DNA of 64,000 nucleotides from an uncultured Lactobacillales bacterium (GTDB lineage Bacteria; Pseudomonadota; Alphaproteobacteria; CAYJES01): NCBI GenBank assembly GCA_964369365.1, contig CAYJES010000003.1, positions 17,872 to 81,871 of the forward strand, read 5' to 3'. Shown piece by piece: positions 57,309 to 64,000 of this stretch (position 1 is its first letter; each line of letters starts with the position of its first letter). The notes under the pieces were generated by a model. It saw only the letters and a program-made list of their open reading frames with translations, ran no database searches and was not told where the DNA came from. The position numbers and the translations under genes were made by a program.

Positions 57309-58046
57309 ATGAACATTAAAAAAGTAATGTTTTCTGGACCAAAAGAAAGCAATAATCCTGATGAACTTATTAAATTTGTAAAATCGGATGAAAAAATTAG
57401 AATGGGTATATACTTTACTCAACGCAGCAGTAAAGGAAATGCGAGATACGATTGGGTAAAAGAATTTGCAACAAAATTAGGACAAGATAACCTTAAATCA
57501 AGCTTGCAAATCGGTTATGAATGGTGTGAAGATTTTTGCAATGGAAAGATCGCACCCGAAATACAAGAAATGATGAATTATACAAATCAAGACGGGACTA
57601 AGACTTTTAATACTATCCAACTGAATTTCTACCTTAACCAACATAATATTTGTAAAGAAAAAGTGGCTGAAATAATTAAAAATAATCCAGCACATAGATT
57701 TATTCTTGCTTACAACACTGTTAATCAAGATTTTATAGATGCTTTGACATATAAAGGAATTCCTTTTGATGTTCTTTACAAACCTTTTTCAGAAATTGAA
57801 GGATTAAAAAAGAACAAAGACTTTTTTGCAGGTAGAGTACAAGGTTATTCAGATGAATTTTCGCCTGATAACATTTCAAAACAACTTGATACTATTATGG
57901 CAATTAACAACCCTACTTCTTCAGTTTACATTGATATTTACAAAGCCATTCTTGATGAGAATGAGAATTTTTGTTTTAACTTAGCTAATGAATTCATGAG
58001 AAATATTAACAGTTGGGTTGAAAAAAAATCTTTAAAAAAACTATAA
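57309..58046 (+). CDS. hypothetical protein
   Basis: 245 aa, Cys/Trp-containing, no recognisable motif; upstream of mnmG. Confidence 0.4.
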   Translation: MNIKKVMFSGPKESNNPDELIKFVKSDEKIRMGIYFTQRSSKGNARYDWVKEFATKLGQDNLKSSLQIGYEWCEDFCNGKIAPEIQEMMNYTNQDGTKTFNTIQLNFYLNQHNICKEKVAEIIKNNPAHRFILAYNTVNQDFIDALTYKGIPFDVLYKPFSEIEGLKKNKDFFAGRVQGYSDEFSPDNISKQLDTIMAINNPTSSVYIDIYKAILDENENFCFNLANEFMRNINSWVEKKSLKKL

Positions 58047-58058
58047 GAGAGTAAATTT

Positions 58059-59930
58059 ATGGCAATCCAAAATGTTGATTTTGACGTAATAGTTATTGGC
58101 GCAGGTCATGCTGGGTGCGAGGCCGCCGCTGCTGCTGCTAGAGTTAGTGCAAAAACAGCGCTTTTTACATTAAAGATTTCAACTGTTGGGGAAATGAGTT
58201 GCAATCCTGCTATTGGCGGGCTTGCGAAAGGCAACCTTGTTCGCGAAATAGACGCCCTTGATGGAGTTATGGGAAAAATTGCAGATAAAGCAGGAATCCA
58301 ATTTAAAATTTTAAATTCATCAAAAGGCCCAGCAGTTCAAGGAAGACGAGCTCAAATAGATAGAAAACTTTACAAAGATCATATGCAAAATGAACTTTTA
58401 AACTATCCAAACTTATCGATTGTAGAAGCAAGTGTTGAAAATATAGAACAAGACAGCAACAATATTACAATTATAACAACAGATCAGAAAAAATCTTATT
58501 CTTGTCATTGTGTTGTACTAACAACAGGTACATTTTTAAACGGTCTTATGCATATTGGAACCGAAATTACCGAAGGCGGTAGAGTTGGTGACGAAGCAAG
58601 TAAAGGGATAACACCTGCCCTTGTTAAAATGGGATTTGAACCTCTTCGCATGAAAACAGGAACTCCTGCTAGACTTGACATAAAAACTATCGATTTAAAT
58701 AAAACAGAAGAACAATATGGAGATAACCCTCCTGTTCCATTTTCTTTTATGACAAAGGAAATTACGAACCCGCAAATTCCTTGTTATATTACTTATACTT
58801 CGGCGGAAACAAAAAAAATAATTCAAAACAATATTCACCTTGCGCCTATGTATTCTGGACAAATCAGCAGTATAGGCCCAAGGTATTGCCCAAGTATAGA
58901 AGATAAAATTGTACGTTTCGCTGATAAAGAACGACATCACGTGTTTTTAGAGCCAGAAGGTCTTGATGATGACACAGTTTATCCTAATGGATTATCATCT
59001 TCTTTCGGAAAAGATATTCAAGAAATGTGGCTTCGTTCTATCCCTGGACTTGAAAATGTAACAATATTACGTTATGCCTATGCAATTGAATATGATTTCT
59101 TCGACCCTCGCGGATTAAAGCCAACTTTAGAAACAAAGCTTGTTAAAAATTTGTACTTTGCGGGACAAATAAATGGCACTACTGGTTATGAAGAGGCAGC
59201 TGCTCAAGGGCTTTTAGCAGGAGTTAATGCGGGACATAGAGCATTACAAAACGAAAAAGAACTTACTTTTGATAGAGCTGATGGTTATATTGGGGTTATG
59301 ATTGATGATTTAACCACCCTTGGTGTTGATGAACCATACAGAATGTTCACTTCTAGAGCTGAATACAGGCTATCATTACGTGAAGATAATGCAGACTTAA
59401 GAATGACCCCAAAAGGAATTGAAGTTGGGTGCGTAGGCGATGAAAGAAAAAAATTCTTCGAAGAAAAGCTTGCTTGCATCGAATCGATAAAAGCTAAGAT
59501 GCTAGAAATTAAAGGTTCTCCTAAATTCTATAAAGAAAAAGGATTTAATCTAAATAATGATGGTGCAATTAGAAATGCTTTTGAGTTATTAGGCAGAGGC
59601 GATATTTCTTGGCAAGAATTAGAAAATGCATTTCCTGAACTTGCAAATACAAGAAAAGATGTGATTGAATTACTTGAAATCGAATCGAAATATTCCGGTT
59701 ATCTAAAAAGACAAGAACAAGATATTATAAACTTCCGTAAAGATGAAGCGCTCAAAATTCCTGAAAATTTAGATTTTTCCATTATTGGTGGACTTTCAAA
59801 TGAAGTAGTAATTAAACTTAATAAAGTGCGACCTATTAATATCGGTGCGGCGTCAAGAATTCCTGGAATTACTCCGGCTGCTATTACTGCTGTTATTGGT
59901 TTTTTAAACAATCCTAAATATAAAAAATAG
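58059..59930 (+). CDS. mnmG: tRNA uridine 5-carboxymethylaminomethyl modification enzyme MnmG (GidA)
   Basis: FAD-binding N-terminus [15 protein letters not shown]. 623 aa. Confidence 0.95.
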   Translation: MAIQNVDFDVIVIGAGHAGCEAAAAAARVSAKTALFTLKISTVGEMSCNPAIGGLAKGNLVREIDALDGVMGKIADKAGIQFKILNSSKGPAVQGRRAQIDRKLYKDHMQNELLNYPNLSIVEASVENIEQDSNNITIITTDQKKSYSCHCVVLTTGTFLNGLMHIGTEITEGGRVGDEASKGITPALVKMGFEPLRMKTGTPARLDIKTIDLNKTEEQYGDNPPVPFSFMTKEITNPQIPCYITYTSAETKKIIQNNIHLAPMYSGQISSIGPRYCPSIEDKIVRFADKERHHVFLEPEGLDDDTVYPNGLSSSFGKDIQEMWLRSIPGLENVTILRYAYAIEYDFFDPRGLKPTLETKLVKNLYFAGQINGTTGYEEAAAQGLLAGVNAGHRALQNEKELTFDRADGYIGVMIDDLTTLGVDEPYRMFTSRAEYRLSLREDNADLRMTPKGIEVGCVGDERKKFFEEKLACIESIKAKMLEIKGSPKFYKEKGFNLNNDGAIRNAFELLGRGDISWQELENAFPELANTRKDVIELLEIESKYSGYLKRQEQDIINFRKDEALKIPENLDFSIIGGLSNEVVIKLNKVRPINIGAASRIPGITPAAITAVIGFLNNPKYKK

Positions 59931-59962
59931 CACTAACTGACTATTTACAAATATGATTTTTT

Positions 59963-60361
59963 ATGCGACTTTTTTCCATAAGATGTGGGAGAAAGGAAAA
60001 TAAAATGTTTGAATTAATACAAATATTGATTGCTTTTAAATATTCTTGCAAAATGAATCATTGGAAAACTGATACATACTCTCATCACCTGTTGTTTGAT
60101 AGATTGCAAGAGGATATGGATGATATCATCGATGATGTTGCTGAAAAATATTTTATGGCTAGTGGTAAAAAATCACAAATTGCTGCTGATCCATTAAAAT
60201 CTGAATTAATAGAATTAGATTTACCAAAGGGAGTTGATAATATTTTAAATCATATCAACACACTTTTAGAATCCGGTGAATATTCTGAAGGAGTGCAATC
60301 TTTATTAAGTGGTATTAGCGAGGCTATGACCGAAAAACTTGCACTTTTATCTATGAAATAA
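59963..60361 (+). CDS. hypothetical protein (probable true start at MFELIQ, 60005)
   Basis: Small acidic protein followed by a strong terminator. Confidence 0.35.
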   Translation: MRLFSIRCGRKENKMFELIQILIAFKYSCKMNHWKTDTYSHHLLFDRLQEDMDDIIDDVAEKYFMASGKKSQIAADPLKSELIELDLPKGVDNILNHINTLLESGEYSEGVQSLLSGISEAMTEKLALLSMK

Positions 60362-60371
60362 GCTTACAAAA

Positions 60372-61842
<1,471 letters not shown>

Positions 61843-61949
61843 TATATTCTCCTTTTAAAAAAATATGGGGTAAAATCTATCAGCTATGTTTGTTAATATA
61901 TCATTAACTATTGATTTTGTCAATACTTTTTTATTAAAATTCAAAAAAA

Positions 61950-62195
61950 TTATATTAGCATACTTTCATCATTTGCAAGAAGCATTGACGAATAAATTTC
62001 TTTTAATTTCAATTCATTGACTTCTGGAGCCGCCATTTTAGCCGCATCGATCATTACATCACTTGGCTCTATTGGTACTATTGTCATATCCAATGATGCT
62101 ACTGTGTTTAAAATGTCCAATGCTTTTATTAAATTATCACTTGTTTTCATATTATTAATTTCCTTTTTATATAGAACTAAATTCGTTCCATACAT
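61950..62195 (-). CDS. hypothetical small protein
   Basis: 81 aa in the ORF track (possibly shorter, from an internal Met). Confidence 0.3.
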   Translation of the reverse strand: MYGTNLVLYKKEINNMKTSDNLIKALDILNTVASLDMTIVPIEPSDVMIDAAKMAAPEVNELKLKEIYSSMLLANDESMLI

Positions 62196-62205
62196 ATAAG
62201 GTCAA

Positions 62206-62961
62206 TTAAATGTTTTTCAAGTATTTAGATTTTAAATTAAATGATAGAGCTATTTTCCTTATTAATAAACTCTTTAAAGCGTTTGAATTTCCAGCTTCTT
62301 GTGTATTTAAATGTTCATATTTTATTTTATTTCTTAGCCCATATGTATAAATATTAAAATCCATAGCTTTATTAGTTATAAAAAAAAGTATTCTATTTTC
62401 TTCAAAATATTTTTTTTGCCCAATTATTATCGATTTTAATACAGTTTCCCAATCATAAAATTCTAATGGCTCTTGCCTTAAAAACTTTGCTATATTTTTT
62501 TGAGATTTTTGCCATTTCTCTGATGATTTTTTATATTTAATTATATTATTTCCATTAAAACCATAGAGTTCTGAATTAATGTTAACCGAATCAAAAATTT
62601 TTATAACATTGTCAATTATACTTAATATAACATTTCGATTTTCAATAGATGAAAACGACATACTGTCTATCATAAAAGTTATACAGCTTTCTGGAATTTC
62701 TCCTGCTTTTCTTTGTTTATAAAATTCTTGTTTTAATGGGTTTGATACTATTTGAGTCATCATTGTGCTATCAAGGATCCCATCTTCTCTATAATACTCA
62801 TAAAATGGCATACGCTTAGGCGCTAAGATTTTTTCAATATGCTTTAAAGATTTTTTTATATCAACATTAGCATCATTTATATCGTTCAAAATAAATCTTG
62901 TTTCATCTTCGGATTCGTCTATTTCTGATATATGTTTAATAGTTAGGTAATCTTTCACCAA
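62206..62961 (-). CDS. cobT: CobT-like vWA-domain protein, short, with a degenerate MIDAS motif
   Basis: ITFMIDSMSFSS...ELYGFNGN matches the vWA core of CobT. It is immediately downstream of, and overlaps, cobS. It is 251 aa, against the usual ~600 aa. Confidence 0.4.
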   Translation of the reverse strand: MVKDYLTIKHISEIDESEDETRFILNDINDANVDIKKSLKHIEKILAPKRMPFYEYYREDGILDSTMMTQIVSNPLKQEFYKQRKAGEIPESCITFMIDSMSFSSIENRNVILSIIDNVIKIFDSVNINSELYGFNGNNIIKYKKSSEKWQKSQKNIAKFLRQEPLEFYDWETVLKSIIIGQKKYFEENRILFFITNKAMDFNIYTYGLRNKIKYEHLNTQEAGNSNALKSLLIRKIALSFNLKSKYLKNI

Positions 62962-63877
62962 TACAATCCTTATAGTAATTACCGATTAAAAGTTTATCTT
63001 CTTCATCACATTTATTCAAAAAACTAACCGCAAACGCAAACGGTATATTATTAAAAATAATAGAATTTTCCGCCCAAGAAATTAAAGTCCTTGGCGACAT
63101 AACCGATGAAATTTCCCCTATCATAAAACCTTTCCTTATTACATTTGCGAGAGTTATCATCATTTTCAGCTGTCTATCTGTTAATTTTTCGCCTATTTTA
63201 GATTTCAGAATTTTAAATTCTTCTGTTTCTGGTAAATAATTCAAAGTTGTAACAATATTCCATCTATCCATTTGCGATTGGTTTATCATTTGTGTTCCTT
63301 GATACATGCCTGTCGAATCGCCTAGACCTATTGTATTTGCCGTTGCAAATAATCTAAAATATTTATGCGGATGAAGTATTCTGTTTTGGTCGGGTAAGAC
63401 CAATTTTCCTTCTGCTTCTAATACCCTTTGAATAACAAACATAACATCAGGGCGTCCTGCATCATATTCATCAAAAACCAATGCTATTGGTCTTTGAATT
63501 GCCCAGGCTAAAATACCTTCTTGGAATTCTGTGACTTGCTTACCATTATTGATTGTAATTACATCTTTTCCGACTAAATCCATTCTTGATATATGACCAT
63601 CTAGATTTAACCTTATACATGGCCAATTCAATTTTGCAGCAACCTGTTCAATATGAGAAGATTTACCCGTACCATGATATCCTTGGATCAATGTTCTTCT
63701 ATTATGCATAAAACCAGCAAGAATTGATTTCGTTGTAATAGGATCAAAATAATAACCCATTTCTTTTTCTGGAACATATTCATTATCATGCGAAAACGCA
63801 GGAATTTGCATATCTTCTTCTAGACCAAAAGCTGCTTTTGCGCTTACCGTTGTCTCTGGATTTTTTATTTCTTCCAT
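62936..63877 (-). CDS. cobS: CobS-like MoxR-type AAA+ ATPase
   Basis: Walker A GYHGTGKSSHIEQVAAKLNWPCIRLNLDGH. Confidence 0.8.
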   Translation of the reverse strand: MEEIKNPETTVSAKAAFGLEEDMQIPAFSHDNEYVPEKEMGYYFDPITTKSILAGFMHNRRTLIQGYHGTGKSSHIEQVAAKLNWPCIRLNLDGHISRMDLVGKDVITINNGKQVTEFQEGILAWAIQRPIALVFDEYDAGRPDVMFVIQRVLEAEGKLVLPDQNRILHPHKYFRLFATANTIGLGDSTGMYQGTQMINQSQMDRWNIVTTLNYLPETEEFKILKSKIGEKLTDRQLKMMITLANVIRKGFMIGEISSVMSPRTLISWAENSIIFNNIPFAFAVSFLNKCDEEDKLLIGNYYKDCIGERLPNY

Positions 63878-63897
63878 TAATTTGCCTCTTTAATAAT

Positions 63898-64000
63898 TTA
63901 ATATATGAATTCTAACAAAATTTTATAATTTTCAGTTAAATTTTTAAATTTTTCTTCTAATAATTTATTTCCTTGATTTGTATCAGGATGATATCTTTTT
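63898..64000 (-). CDS. 5'-truncated J-domain protein; the J domain is at the C-terminus (DjlA-like arrangement)
   Basis: Minus-strand translation gives ...KRYHPDTNQGNKLLEEKFKNLTENYKILLEFIY* with the HPD motif. The gene continues beyond the window edge. Confidence 0.55.
   Translation of the reverse strand, partial: KRYHPDTNQGNKLLEEKFKNLTENYKILLEFIY

Overview
The window is about 64 kb of a very AT-rich chromosome (roughly 30% GC by eye) with dense, mostly housekeeping coding. Gene content and synteny point to a reduced alphaproteobacterium of the Rickettsiales/Holosporales type that still has flagella; this taxonomic placement is inferred, not proven. Recognisable blocks include a flagellar operon (flgI, an flgJ rod-binding domain, a putative flgN, flgK and an unusually large flgL) with a separate flgF. 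Other blocks are an OmpR/EnvZ pair, pgsA, uvrC, comM, the rimP-nusA-ylxR-infB-rbfA cluster, rsmB, hslV, radA, mlaFE, dnaB, a hybrid GAF histidine kinase, an ABC-F ATPase, rsmI, hemW, rdgB, rph, rpmJ (missed by the ORF track), trpS, mnmG, obgE, cobS, and a partial J-domain gene at the right edge. No rRNA, tRNA, CRISPR array or transposase was found. The most interesting content is accessory: two tandem paralogous HExxH (zincin-like) genes plus a small membrane protein wedged between flgI and flgF; a monocistronic zeta-toxin-like P-loop kinase; a GT11 alpha-1,2-fucosyltransferase sitting where hslU is expected after hslV; a decayed glmU; an orphan type IV pilin; a stretch of small stand-alone genes whose terminators share a stem; an acidic protein coupled to envZ; and several probable pseudo-enzymes.
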